From Candidatus Omnitrophota bacterium (GTDB taxonomy: Bacteria > Omnitrophota > Gorgyraeia > 2-01-FULL-45-10), in the NCBI GenBank assembly GCA_026387175.1, contig JAPLME010000002.1, positions 12,780 through 76,779 on the forward strand: 64,000 nt of DNA, in the 5' to 3' direction. The notes beneath the pieces were generated by a model that saw nothing but the letters and a program-made list of their open reading frames with translations, was not told the DNA's origin and ran no database searches. The position numbers and the translations under genes were made by a program. Each line of letters begins with the position of its first letter. Positions within the stretch are counted from its first letter, which is position 1. Below, in pieces: positions 26,879 through 36,785 of this stretch.

Positions 26879-27289
26879 ATGGGATTCGGTGTAAAGAGAG
26901 ACAAGGAGGAAGTCTTAAGGGTAAGGATGGTTACGCTAGGGATAAGAGAAGCGGACCTGGATGAACTTTTTATACGGGCGGGTGGAAAAGGCGGACAGAA
27001 GGTAAATAAAACCTCTGCGTGTGTTTATCTCAAACACAGGCCCACAGGCATCGAGGTCAAATGTCAGAAGGAGCGTTCTCAGGCCCTAAACCGGTTCTTT
27101 GCCAGAAGGATTCTCACCGATAAAATCGAATCGCTTATTCTGGGCCGGGAAGCCGCGGCCGAGAAGAAGATAGAGAAGATCAGGCGTCAGAAGCGGAAAC
27201 GCTCTCGCAGGGCCAAAGAGAAGATGCTTAGGAATAAAAAGATGCGTTCCGAAAAGAAAGAGTTGCGAAGGCCCCCTGCGGCCGAATGA
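26879..27289 (+). CDS. arfB: ArfB/YaeJ-type alternative ribosome rescue factor (GGQ peptidyl-tRNA hydrolase domain with basic C-tail)
   Basis: GGKGGQKVNKTS and KCQKERSQALNR match the ArfB motifs. Lys/Arg-rich C-terminus. Confidence 0.75.
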   Translation: MGFGVKRDKEEVLRVRMVTLGIREADLDELFIRAGGKGGQKVNKTSACVYLKHRPTGIEVKCQKERSQALNRFFARRILTDKIESLILGREAAAEKKIEKIRRQKRKRSRRAKEKMLRNKKMRSEKKELRRPPAAE

Positions 27290-27321
27290 GCTGAACGAAA
27301 TGTTTTGACTGAAAACCCTTT

Positions 27322-27411
27322 GGAGAGATGGCTGAGTGGTTGAAGGCGCACGCCTCGAAAGCGTGTGACCCTTTACAGGGTCCCTGGGTTCGAATCCCAG
27401 TCTCTCCGCCA
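27322..27411 (+). tRNA. tRNA-Ser (anticodon CGA), long variable arm, CCA encoded
   Basis: Hand-folded cloverleaf. Acceptor GGAGAGA/TCTCTCC. Anticodon loop CTCGAAA. T-loop GGTTCGAATCC. Confidence 0.85.
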
Positions 27412-27445
27412 GTTTTGATAATAGGTATATACAGGAATAATATTA

Positions 27446-28155
27446 TGGACAAAAAGACATTAGCATTGCTATTCTGTTTAACCATTACGTGTTCATTTGC
27501 TTTCGCGGAAGATAATACGGTAGAGCCAGCAGGAGTCTATGCTACAATCGACACCAAACCTTCCATCCAGGCAATAAATATATTGAGAACCGGTACGGAT
27601 AAAGAGAAGACGGCGATGGCAATGGTAATTGAATCGCATTCCGATAAATATTGTCCGGCCGTATTCTTTTCTTTGGCAGCGTATCTTTTTGATGTCGGCA
27701 AAACCGACGATGCTTTGTTCTGGTTATACGCGGGGCGGATACGAACACAATATGATATTAAGATATGTACCGATGAAACCGTTGCGGGTGGTTATGAGGA
27801 ATTAAATATGTCTGTGCCGGATCTACTTAAAGTAATACAGTTTGAAAATTTAAATAACACAAAAATAATTGTACAAAAAGCAATTAAATGGGATAAAGAA
27901 ACTCCGATCAATTATGATTCGCGCTGGATAGCTTTGCATGGAATGGGCGCCTTTACGAGGGCTATGGATAACAATAAAAAGAAACCCGTTCTGACTATAC
28001 CCGAAAAAGAGTGGAAGGATGTGGCTGAAAAAAACAGAAAAGAATATTGGGATGCATTCCAGGAAGACCTTAATACCATAACGCCCGAACAGTTCGAACA
28101 GATAAGAGCAAAAATAAAGTCTTTGAAGCAGGAAGCCGCCGCTGCAAAAAAGTGA
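27446..28155 (+). CDS. secreted hypothetical protein; start moved downstream of the tRNA
   Basis: The track ORF 27328 overlaps the tRNA. The first Met after the tRNA gives an MDKKTLALLFCLTITCSFAFA signal peptide. Confidence 0.6.
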
Positions 28156-28328
28156 AAGTAGAAGAATATTCTGGGTATCACTGGGACGGTTTACACGACA
28201 ATCCCCAAGCCTGTCCATGGGGCACAAGAGTTATTTTTCGTAATGACAGGCTTTTCGTGCCGTTTCTTGGCCGACTTTTAGAGACCTACCTATTGCTACA
28301 TACGTCATTCCTAATATATGCAATTGTT

Positions 28329-28357
28329 TTGCCCTGACGGCAAATATCTTGTATAAT
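28329..28357 (+). promoter_or_regulatory. Promoter with palindromic operator TTGCCCTGACGGCAA plus TGTATAAT (second copy of the 16666 architecture)
   Basis: Identical 8-nt spacing between the palindrome and the -10 box. Confidence 0.55.
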
Positions 28358-28363
28358 GCTACT

Positions 28364-28621
28364 GTTGTATTGACAGGAATCACTATGCGGGCAGTGAGCT
28401 CAGACGCGGTTCGAATTGGTTGCACTCGCGTCCGCCATATTTAGTCAGTCTTAGTCAGTTTTATATGGCAACGAGTTGGGGATTCGAAGCGAGGCCGCGC
28501 CGAGCGAATAGCGAGGAAAAGCGCTATGCGCGACAGCGGCCGAGCTGGCTACGCAGGCGAGCTCCGCGAGCCGAAGTAGCCGAATCCCCCAACGGCGCCG
28601 CCAAACAATCCTATTGAAACT
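28364..28621 (+). ncRNA. GC-rich highly structured 5' leader or ncRNA candidate with a long imperfect inverted repeat (GTTGGGGATTCG ... CGAATCCCCCAAC), a TAGTCAGT tandem and the 17-mer AACGGCGCCGCCAAACA
   Basis: Lies between the promoter and the ALDC-like gene. The only ORF is an Arg-rich 65-aa alt-frame artefact. Confidence 0.3.
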
Positions 28622-29338
28622 ATGAAACTATCCAAACTCACAAGCCTCTCCATTGTTCTCCTCGTCATCGCCGGGCTGATCATATCCGGCCAGCAGATCA
28701 AAGACAGGGATACCCTGTATCAGGTCTCCGTTTTGGATGCTCTCATGAAAGGTGATTACGACGGTAAAGTGACCTTGAATGAAATACGCAGGCACGGTGA
28801 TTTTGGCATCGGCACCTTTGACCGGCTCGACGGTGAAGCGATAGAATTAGACGGGATATTCTATCAGGTCAGATCGGATGGAACGGTCCGGCGCCCTTCA
28901 GGTGATATAAGATCCCCTTTCTCCATGGTTAAATTTTTTGGCGCTGATATAGAATTTTCTGTTCCCAGGGAATCCGATTACCTTTCGTTGCAGAAGTTTA
29001 TAGACAGCCGCCTGCCGACCAGGAATATTCCTTATGCGATCAAGGTTGAGGGTAGATTCAGTTATATTAAAACCAGGAGCGTTCCCGCGCAGAATAAGCC
29101 TTATTCTCCACTGTCCGAAGTTGTTAAAAATCAGAGCGTTTTCGAGTTTACTGATATAGCAGGCACCCTGGTAGGTTTCAGGATTCCGGATTATATGAAA
29201 GGTGTTAATATGCCTGGATATCATTTACATTTCATAAGCCGTGATAAAACAAAAGGCGGCCATGTCTTGGCATGCGTGATAGATAGCGCCAAAGCGAATG
29301 TCGATGATATCGATCGTTTCATAATGAGCTGCCCATAA
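28622..29338 (+). CDS. alpha-acetolactate decarboxylase (ALDC)-family protein with N-terminal signal/anchor
   Basis: YQVSVLDALMKGDYDGKVTLNEIRRHGDFGIGTF matches the ALDC core. Confidence 0.6.
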   Translation: MKLSKLTSLSIVLLVIAGLIISGQQIKDRDTLYQVSVLDALMKGDYDGKVTLNEIRRHGDFGIGTFDRLDGEAIELDGIFYQVRSDGTVRRPSGDIRSPFSMVKFFGADIEFSVPRESDYLSLQKFIDSRLPTRNIPYAIKVEGRFSYIKTRSVPAQNKPYSPLSEVVKNQSVFEFTDIAGTLVGFRIPDYMKGVNMPGYHLHFISRDKTKGGHVLACVIDSAKANVDDIDRFIMSCP

Positions 29339-29392
29339 TTTTTCTAATTTATATTGGCCCACTGGCGTATTCCATGATATTATTATTAGATA

Positions 29393-30916
29393 ATGGCAAA
29401 GCTTATTAATAGAAACAGCATTAAATTCAAGATACTGAGCATAGTGCTCTTCGCTCTGTTCCTGCTGACGTTCACTCTCGGCTATTTCTCTTTTCAATTT
29501 AGCAAGAACCGCATCATAGGCATGCTGGGGGATTCTCTCACCGGAATTGCAGCCTCCATAGCGAGCTTTATATCCGCTGAGGACGTTTACTATATTGTAA
29601 AGAATTCAGAAAATATCAAACGAGCCGCTACGTCTGAATATAACCGCCCTAAGGGACTTGATCTGCTTTCGCCCCGGACCCTCGATGAAAAGCCCGAACC
29701 GCCGCCTAAAGAGCCGGAAATAAACCCTAGGGCCATGTATGATAAATATTCGGCGATTTTGCAAAGAATAAAGAAATTAAATAATATAGACAGTTCGATC
29801 ACTGTATATCTGGCGTCAAGAAATCGTTTTTGGGCGTCACTGACAAGTGAGCCGGTCTATTTGGCGGGCACCGCTTATGTGATGAGGCAGGAAATTAAGG
29901 ATGTTCTCTTATCAGGCACAGCGCAGGCGACGGGTATTTACGAAGATAAGGACGGAACATGGATCTCGGCATATGCGCCGGGCACACCTCTTCTGCTTGA
30001 GGATAAGCGGGTCGTGGTAGAGGTGAATTACAGGATCGATGCTTATATAAAAATGCTGAATCAGGAGCTGGTCATTATAGTGATAATATGCGTTGTGGGA
30101 TATCTAATGGTGGCCTTTATAAGTTATCAGCTTGTCACCACTTTGGTGGGCGCGATAAAGAAGCTGGATGAGGCGATAGTCGATCTCGAACAGGAACGCT
30201 ATGACAAGCCGATCGATATAAAAACAAACGATGAGATAGGACACCTTGCTGCGGCATTTGAGCTATTGAGAGTATCTATCAGGAAGAAGATAGATGAGCT
30301 GCGCCAGTCACTTAAGCGAGAGAAGAAAGCGCATCTCGAATCAGTTGTAGCCCTGACGAACGCCATAGAGGAGAGGGATCCCTATACGAGAGAGCATGTA
30401 AGCAGGGTCCAGGAATACGCTCTCCTGATAGCTAAACATATGCATCTTCCCCATGATGACTTGATCCAGCTGCGGTACAGCTGCGTTTTGCATGATATAG
30501 GCAAGATTTACATCGAGAATGCGCTTCTTAAGAAGGTCAACCTCACTCATGAGGATTTCGAAGAGATCAAAAAGCATGCCGAGCGGGGCGCCAAGATAAT
30601 CGAGGGCATTGAGTTCCTGACGGATGTGAAGGAAGCGGTCCTGAGCCACCAGGAATGCTATGACGGTACAGGTTATCCGAGGGGATTAAAAGGCAACGAG
30701 ATCCCTCTCCTGGCGAGAATAGTTTCCGTGGCCGATGCTTTTGACGCGATGACCACCGACAGGCCCTATAGGCCGAAGATGAGTTTCAGCAAAGCGATGG
30801 ATGAGATTGAAAAAAAATCCGGGACCCAGTTTGACCCCGAGGTTTGCGCCGCTTTACTGGCATACAGGGATACGCTTGAACATATGGCGCATAAGCGGTT
30901 TACCGAGGACATATAA
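29393..30916 (+). CDS. membrane-bound HD-GYP domain c-di-GMP phosphodiesterase-type protein with HAMP-like linker
   Basis: HDIGKIYI ... HQECYDGTGYPRGL. Confidence 0.8.
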   Translation: MAKLINRNSIKFKILSIVLFALFLLTFTLGYFSFQFSKNRIIGMLGDSLTGIAASIASFISAEDVYYIVKNSENIKRAATSEYNRPKGLDLLSPRTLDEKPEPPPKEPEINPRAMYDKYSAILQRIKKLNNIDSSITVYLASRNRFWASLTSEPVYLAGTAYVMRQEIKDVLLSGTAQATGIYEDKDGTWISAYAPGTPLLLEDKRVVVEVNYRIDAYIKMLNQELVIIVIICVVGYLMVAFISYQLVTTLVGAIKKLDEAIVDLEQERYDKPIDIKTNDEIGHLAAAFELLRVSIRKKIDELRQSLKREKKAHLESVVALTNAIEERDPYTREHVSRVQEYALLIAKHMHLPHDDLIQLRYSCVLHDIGKIYIENALLKKVNLTHEDFEEIKKHAERGAKIIEGIEFLTDVKEAVLSHQECYDGTGYPRGLKGNEIPLLARIVSVADAFDAMTTDRPYRPKMSFSKAMDEIEKKSGTQFDPEVCAALLAYRDTLEHMAHKRFTEDI

Positions 30917-30918
30917 AG

Positions 30919-32148
30919 ATGCCTGATAAATTGCCTTTTCTGAAAGTGGACGGAAGGAATATAGTCGATGAGAAGGGTAAACCCATCGTGCTGAGAGGCG
31001 TTGCCCTCGGCGGATGGCTGATGATGGAAGGCTACATTCTCGGCGGCCGCAACTTCCCGGAAAAAATCTTCAGGCAGGAATTCGAGAAGGCGCTCGGCAG
31101 GGAGGCCTTGGAAGATTTCACAAGGTCTTTTCGCAAATCATTTGTCAGGGAGTATGATTTTGAGCTGATCAAAGAATGGGGAGCGAATTGCGTGCGGATC
31201 CCGTTCAATTATCGGCTCATCGAGTTCGAGGACAGGCCGTTCAGCTTGAACGAAGAGGGCCTGCGGGAGCTCGATAACGCGGTCAGATGGTGCCAGAGGA
31301 ACGGCCTGTATTGCATATTAGATATGCATGCCGCTCCCGGCGCGCAGAATCCCGACTGGCATTCGGATTGCGTCGGAAAGCCCGAACTATTCGCGAACGA
31401 TTTGAATAAAGACAGATTTGTGAAGCTTTGGTACTTTCTCGCGAGCCACTATAAAGATGTGAGCGCTGTGGCGGGTTACGATATACTGAATGAGCCGGTT
31501 ATAGAGATTGACAGGGAGAAGGAGCTGAAGGACCTTTACTGCCGGGTTACGAAAGAGATAAGGGATGTTGATTCGCGGCATATAATATTTCTTGAGGGCA
31601 ATATATTCAGCCAGAGACTTGATTTTATAGGTAAGCCCGAAGACAAGAATACGGCGCTCAGCATCCATACCTATCCGATCGCCGATTACGTCTTTAACTT
31701 CGAAAAAGACTTAACCTATCCCGGAAAAATATATAATATACCATGGTCGAAAAAGGCCCTCGACCTTATGTCTCTGCCGTATAGGATGCTGATCGATAAG
31801 ATCAATGTGCCTCTCTACGTAGGTGAGGTGGGAATAAACTGGCGAGGGGGCCATTATGGCGAGTTGAAGTGGGCAGAAGATATGCTGGATGTTCTTGAGC
31901 GTCATGGTATAAGCTGGACTTATTGGACCTATAAGAGCGTAGCGAATGCCATCCATCCGGATGGGATCTTTCGTTACGTGAAGAGCCCCGAATGGGTCAA
32001 CCATAAAGGGCCGCTGACCGGATTGGAGACCTATGCCTCTGCCTGGCCGAAGCACAAGAATAGCATGATCTCATCCTGGAAGACCGAGCATTTCAAACTC
32101 AATGAGCGGCTCGCGGCGCTGTTGGAAAAGTTATTTAGCAAGAATTAA
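30919..32148 (+). CDS. glycoside hydrolase family 5 (cellulase-like) protein
   Basis: VRIPFNY, DMHAAPG, ILNEPV (NEP acid/base motif). Confidence 0.75.
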   Translation: MPDKLPFLKVDGRNIVDEKGKPIVLRGVALGGWLMMEGYILGGRNFPEKIFRQEFEKALGREALEDFTRSFRKSFVREYDFELIKEWGANCVRIPFNYRLIEFEDRPFSLNEEGLRELDNAVRWCQRNGLYCILDMHAAPGAQNPDWHSDCVGKPELFANDLNKDRFVKLWYFLASHYKDVSAVAGYDILNEPVIEIDREKELKDLYCRVTKEIRDVDSRHIIFLEGNIFSQRLDFIGKPEDKNTALSIHTYPIADYVFNFEKDLTYPGKIYNIPWSKKALDLMSLPYRMLIDKINVPLYVGEVGINWRGGHYGELKWAEDMLDVLERHGISWTYWTYKSVANAIHPDGIFRYVKSPEWVNHKGPLTGLETYASAWPKHKNSMISSWKTEHFKLNERLAALLEKLFSKN

Positions 32149-32254
32149 TTAGGATTGTCGGAGAGATGCCCCAACGAACGGTTTTATGTTAGTCTGTCGA
32201 TTTGCTGTTGTGTTCGTCGGGACGAACAACACTTAGATTGTGGCTGAAATTATC

Positions 32255-32345
32255 GGAGAGATGCCGGAGCGGTTGAACGGGCGCGCCTGGAAAGTGCGTG
32301 ACCTCCAAAAGGGGTCCTAGGGTTCGAATCCCTATCTCTCCGCCA
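32255..32345 (+). tRNA. tRNA-Ser (anticodon GGA), CCA encoded
   Basis: Cloverleaf: GGAGAGA acceptor, CTGGAAA anticodon loop, long variable arm, GGTTCGAATCC T-loop. Confidence 0.85.
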
Positions 32346-32462
32346 ATTTTTCCGATAAGGAAAAAATGAGCGATGCCGTGAAAGCCCGAACGTCGCGATA
32401 AGCGACGTAGGCCGAAACGGCGCCGCCAAACATTACAACCTTTGGTATAAGTCAGAGATCAT

Positions 32463-33458
32463 ATGGGCAAGAAATATCGAGTAGTGACTGTAGCGATCAC
32501 CTTATTATTGACGGCGGTCGCTTTTGTTTTTGCGGAAGAGAACAAACCGCAAAAGGTCACCTTCATTACGCATTGGAGCCCTCAAGCGCAGTTTGCGGGC
32601 TATTACGTTGCGAAGGAAAAAGGGTTTTATAAGGAACGCGGGATAGACGTTGAGATCCTTTCCAGCGGGCCGAGTATCTCCGCCTCGCAGGCCCTTGCCG
32701 ACGGCAAGGCGGACTTTGCCGTGTTGTGGCTTTCGCAGGCCCTTCAGAACCGTTCCAAAGGCGTCAAGCTGATCAATATCGGCCAGATCATGCCGCGGTC
32801 CGGGCTGATGTTCGTCGCGAGGAAGTCTGCCGGCATACGTAAGCCCGAGGACCTCAACGGCAAAAAAGTGAGCCTATGGGACGGAGATCTGCGTCTTTCG
32901 GGGGAAGCGTTCATAAAAAAATACGGACTGAACGTCAGTAAGATCCATCAGTCTTACACGGTCAATCTCTTTCTTGCCGGGGGTGTCGATGCGGTTATGG
33001 CCATGTGGTATAACGAGTACCATACGATCATCAGCTCCGGGATGGATCCCGAGGAACTGTCGGTCTTTTTCTTCAAGGACCACGGTCTCAATGTTCCGGA
33101 AGACGGGCTATACACGCTCGAAGGTACATACCGCAAGGATCCAGCCCTTACTAAAGCGTTCGTCGAGGCTTCTATCAAAGGCTGGCTCTACGCGTTTAGC
33201 CATCCGGAGGAGGCGGTGGATATTGTGCTCGAACGTATGCGTACCGGCAATATCCCCGCCAACAGGGAGCATCAAAAATGGATGCTTAAGAGTGTCGAGC
33301 AGTTGATAACTACCAATGGTGGTATATCAAAGACAGTCGCTCTTTCGCCGGAAGATTATAGGGCCGTCTCCGGCATGCTTAAAGAGCACGGCCTGATCGA
33401 CAGTGTTACCGATTTCGACTCATTCTACGTCCCGGCGGTTACCTATGTTGAAAAATAA
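32463..33458 (+). CDS. ABC transporter substrate-binding protein, NMT1/SsuA-like
   Basis: Signal peptide. Periplasmic binding-protein fold motifs. Confidence 0.65.
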   Translation: MGKKYRVVTVAITLLLTAVAFVFAEENKPQKVTFITHWSPQAQFAGYYVAKEKGFYKERGIDVEILSSGPSISASQALADGKADFAVLWLSQALQNRSKGVKLINIGQIMPRSGLMFVARKSAGIRKPEDLNGKKVSLWDGDLRLSGEAFIKKYGLNVSKIHQSYTVNLFLAGGVDAVMAMWYNEYHTIISSGMDPEELSVFFFKDHGLNVPEDGLYTLEGTYRKDPALTKAFVEASIKGWLYAFSHPEEAVDIVLERMRTGNIPANREHQKWMLKSVEQLITTNGGISKTVALSPEDYRAVSGMLKEHGLIDSVTDFDSFYVPAVTYVEK

Positions 33459-35376
33459 AGGTATAACATTTAAGCTGATAGTGCTCTTTTCCGTATCGAG
33501 CGCGCTCATTCTCTCCGCCATCGTGGAGCTGAACTACGTATTTTCACGTAAGATGCTCGAGAAGAGCGTCGAGGAGGGCGCTCGAAATCTGACCATGAGC
33601 ACGGTCTACCGCATTGAAACGATACTTGCCGCCGCCCAAAAAGTACCCGAGAACTTCGCCTGCGCCATAGAAAGCGGCGCCTGCGGTGAAGACCGGCTTT
33701 TGCGCCTTCTCGAAGCCATGACCGCGCGGAACAACGAGGTCTATGGCATGGCCGCGGCCTTCGAACCGTTCGCTTTCGACCCATCGAAGAAATATTACGC
33801 GCCGTATTTCTACAAGAGCGGCGGAAAGACAAAATACGTCCTTCTGTCGGAAGGATCATATGACTACTTCTCGTGGGACTGGTACCAGATACCCAAAGAG
33901 ATGGACGCGCCGTACTGGACGGAGCCTTATTTTGACGAAGGCGGCGGGAATATCATGATGTCGACCTATTCTGTGCCTCTGTATGATACGGTTTCCGGCT
34001 CTAAAAAGTTCAGGGGTATAGTCACGGCGGACATTTCGCTGGAGTGGCTGCGCGGGATCATATCATCGATCAAGATACTTAAGACAGGATACGCGTTTCT
34101 GATATCGAAGAACGGTACCATCGTGACCCATCCGTCCGGCGAGATGATCATGAACGAAACGATCTTCAGTATGGCCGGGGCGCGGGGTGACAAGGCGCTT
34201 AGGGATATCGGCAGAAAAATGATAAAAGGGGAGTCCGGTTTCGCGCTTTCAAAGAGCGTTGTGGCGGGAAAGAAGTGCTGGATGTATTATGCTCCGGTCC
34301 CGTCGACAGGCTGGTCGCTGGCCGTGCTTTTCCCTCAGGACGAGCTTTTGGCCGACATCAGGAAGCTTCGCGACATATCGGCCCTGGCGGGGATCGCGGG
34401 TGTGGCCCTTCTGCTTCTGGTCGTGATCTTTATATCCCGCTCGATCACCCGGCCCATCAGAGCGATGGCGCGCGCCGCAGAGGTGATAGCTACGGGAAAC
34501 CTGGACGCGCCCTTGCCGGAGGTCGAATCGAAGGATGAAGTCGGCAAGCTGACCGAAGCATTTCGATACATGAGCCGGTCGCTTAAAGAGTATATCGAAC
34601 GGCTAACCGAGACCGTTGCGATCAAAGAGCGGATACAGAGCGAATTGAGCATTGCGCGCAGAATACAGATGAGCATTCTCCCGAAAAAATTTCCGGCGCT
34701 CGACGATAAGAATGGAGTCGACATATTTGCCATGATCAGCCCCGCAAAAGAAGTGGGCGGCGATTTTTACGATTTTCATTATATAGACAAGGACAGGATG
34801 TGTTTTGTGGTCGGCGACGTCTCGGGCAAAGGCGTGCCGGCATCGCTCTTCATGGCGGTTACCAAGACATTCCTGAAGGCGACGGTCATCAGGGAGGATT
34901 CTCCGGAGAAGGTCCTTGCTATCGTGAACAAGGAATTGAGCTCCGGCGAGGATCAGTCGCTCTTCGTGACAGTCTTTTTCGGGATCATCGATATACGGAC
35001 GGGAAATATCTTTTATACCAATGGCGGCCACAATAGTCCCCTTGTCGTCAAGAAGACCGGCGAATCGGTATTCGTCCAGCCTATCGGGGGGATGGTCATG
35101 GGGATAATTCATGACGCAAATTTCGATGTGGGGAACTTTGTCCTGGGCTCCGGCGAGCTCCTATTCCTATATACCGATGGTGTTACTGAAGCAATGAACG
35201 AAAAAAGAGAGCAATATTCAGAAGAGAGGTTAAAGCTTATTCTGAAAAAGTCGGTTGAACTTAATTGCAGAGAGACGATTGAAGCTGTGCTCGCGGATGT
35301 GAAGGCATTTACAGGAAAAGCGCCCCAGTCGGACGACATTACTATGCTGGCCATCAGGAAGTACTTTTGTAAGTAG
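33445..35376 (+). CDS. RsbU-like PP2C/SpoIIE serine phosphatase with N-terminal Cache-like sensor and HAMP
   Basis: GGDFYDF...VVGDVSGKGVPASLFM...YTDGVTE PP2C motifs. TM helix + HAMP. Start chosen at ATG 33445. Confidence 0.75.
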   Translation: MLKNKGITFKLIVLFSVSSALILSAIVELNYVFSRKMLEKSVEEGARNLTMSTVYRIETILAAAQKVPENFACAIESGACGEDRLLRLLEAMTARNNEVYGMAAAFEPFAFDPSKKYYAPYFYKSGGKTKYVLLSEGSYDYFSWDWYQIPKEMDAPYWTEPYFDEGGGNIMMSTYSVPLYDTVSGSKKFRGIVTADISLEWLRGIISSIKILKTGYAFLISKNGTIVTHPSGEMIMNETIFSMAGARGDKALRDIGRKMIKGESGFALSKSVVAGKKCWMYYAPVPSTGWSLAVLFPQDELLADIRKLRDISALAGIAGVALLLLVVIFISRSITRPIRAMARAAEVIATGNLDAPLPEVESKDEVGKLTEAFRYMSRSLKEYIERLTETVAIKERIQSELSIARRIQMSILPKKFPALDDKNGVDIFAMISPAKEVGGDFYDFHYIDKDRMCFVVGDVSGKGVPASLFMAVTKTFLKATVIREDSPEKVLAIVNKELSSGEDQSLFVTVFFGIIDIRTGNIFYTNGGHNSPLVVKKTGESVFVQPIGGMVMGIIHDANFDVGNFVLGSGELLFLYTDGVTEAMNEKREQYSEERLKLILKKSVELNCRETIEAVLADVKAFTGKAPQSDDITMLAIRKYFCK

Positions 35377-35424
35377 TTGACAAATAATAGTTAATGTTGT
35401 AACCTATTACCCGACGGAGGATCG

Positions 35425-36027
35425 ATGGATCTTAATAATCTGTTTCAGTCAACGCTCATACTTTTCGCTATTGTAAATCCCATAGGCAGCATCCCGCTGG
35501 TTTTGCAGCTTACAGACGGAATGCCTTTGAAGGCGCGCCGCCGTGTCTTCAATATGGCTGTTTACACCTCTGCCATCATTCTCTTTCTCTTCATCCTCGC
35601 CGGGAAATGGATACTTTCCAATTTTTTTCAGATACAGCTGCCTGATCTGATGGCCGCCGGAGGGCTCCTCCTCCTGATCATAGCTATAGATCACCTGATA
35701 TTCGGCGCGCTGGTGAAGAACGTCCGCGCCTCGAAAAAACAGGATACCCATCATGTTGGCGCTGTTCCGCTGGCCTGCCCCATCCTGGCCGGCCCCGGCG
35801 CTATGATGACCGTCCTTGTCATCTTCTCCGAGTATGGTTATTTGATAGCGGCCGGCTCTGTCGCTATAGTCCTTGGGATCACATGGATCATTATTTATTT
35901 CAGCGATGCTATATACCGTTTTCTGGGCGAGATAGTCTGTCTGGTACTTTCGAAGATACTATGCCTTTTCCTGGCAGCGATAGGAATACATCTTTTAATG
36001 CGGGGATTAAGCTATTATTTGAAATAG
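35425..36027 (+). CDS. MarC-family (UPF0056) integral membrane protein
   Basis: Six hydrophobic helices. MarC-like N-terminus. Confidence 0.7.
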   Translation: MDLNNLFQSTLILFAIVNPIGSIPLVLQLTDGMPLKARRRVFNMAVYTSAIILFLFILAGKWILSNFFQIQLPDLMAAGGLLLLIIAIDHLIFGALVKNVRASKKQDTHHVGAVPLACPILAGPGAMMTVLVIFSEYGYLIAAGSVAIVLGITWIIIYFSDAIYRFLGEIVCLVLSKILCLFLAAIGIHLLMRGLSYYLK

Positions 36028-36059
36028 CGATCCAGTTAAAAATAACATTAGGAGGGGAT

Positions 36060-36710
36060 ATGCTTATAAGGAGACTCGGTTTTGCCGCGGGATTAGGAGC
36101 GGCGCTATTTTTGTTAATGGTATCTATGTGTCTTACTAACACGTATGCCCAGGAAAAAGCAGCTGACTCTTCAGCTACGACGCTTGACAATCTCATGGCC
36201 GCCTATAAAGGCGAGAGCAATGCTCAGGCGCGATACCTGGCCTTTGCTAAAAAAGCTAACGAGGAAGGGTATGACATAGCTGCAAGTCTTTTCAGGGCCG
36301 TTGCGCTGGCGGAGCGGGTGCATTATGAGCGTTATGCCGGAATAATTAAGAAGCTCGGAGGAACGCTGAATGCCGCCGTTGAAATTCCGGTAGTGAAGAG
36401 CACTCCGGAGAATCTGAAAGCGGCATTCGAAGGGGAAACATACGAAAAGGATGTTATGTATCCCGCATTTCTCATTCAGGCCCAAAAGGAAGAGATGAAA
36501 GACGCGATCGACGCGTTTGAAGATACTATTGCCGCCGAAGGCGTTCACGCCGATCTGTACGCCAGAATGTCCAGTAACCTGGTGCTCTCCAGAGGCTTAT
36601 CGAAAGATTTTCTTGTGTGTCCGGTCTGCGGGAATGTTGTGGATGTCATTACCACCGAACTGTGTCCGATCTGCTCGACTGAGACGAGAAAATTTAAGAT
36701 GGTAAGATAG
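36060..36710 (+). CDS. rubrerythrin-like ferritin-fold protein with C-terminal CxxC...CxxC rubredoxin-like motif and signal peptide
   Basis: AQARYLAFAKKANEEGY...ERVHYERY. CPVCG/CPIC. SD AGGAGGGG before ATG 36060. Confidence 0.65.
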   Translation: MLIRRLGFAAGLGAALFLLMVSMCLTNTYAQEKAADSSATTLDNLMAAYKGESNAQARYLAFAKKANEEGYDIAASLFRAVALAERVHYERYAGIIKKLGGTLNAAVEIPVVKSTPENLKAAFEGETYEKDVMYPAFLIQAQKEEMKDAIDAFEDTIAAEGVHADLYARMSSNLVLSRGLSKDFLVCPVCGNVVDVITTELCPICSTETRKFKMVR

Positions 36711-36737
36711 AAAGCGAAAAACACCGGTTTTTTTAAG

Positions 36738-36775
36738 AGGCCTTCCCATATCTCGAAGGGAGGGCCTTCTTTTTA
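36738..36775 (+). terminator. Rho-independent terminator (GAGGCCTTCCC / GGGAGGGCCTT stem + CTTTTT)
   Basis: Hairpin followed by T-tract after the rubrerythrin-like gene. Confidence 0.6.
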
Positions 36776-36785
36776 AAGGAACTAG

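Noticed and set aside
27328-27445. Track ORF start at 27328 (MAEWLKAHAS...)
   Set aside because: The 5' part is the tRNA-Ser(CGA) gene itself. The real CDS starts at ATG 27446, giving a clean signal peptide.
28420-28617. 65-aa Arg-rich ORF in the GC-rich structured region
   Set aside because: Composition-driven alt-frame ORF inside a hairpin-rich non-coding region, with no RBS.
28395-28620. Circularly permuted (two-piece) tmRNA, suggested by GGTTCGAAT followed by CCGCCA and then GGGGATTCGAAGCG
   Set aside because: The T-stem does not pair. The acceptor strands are not complementary. No tag reading frame ending in Ala-Ala was found. More likely a structured leader.
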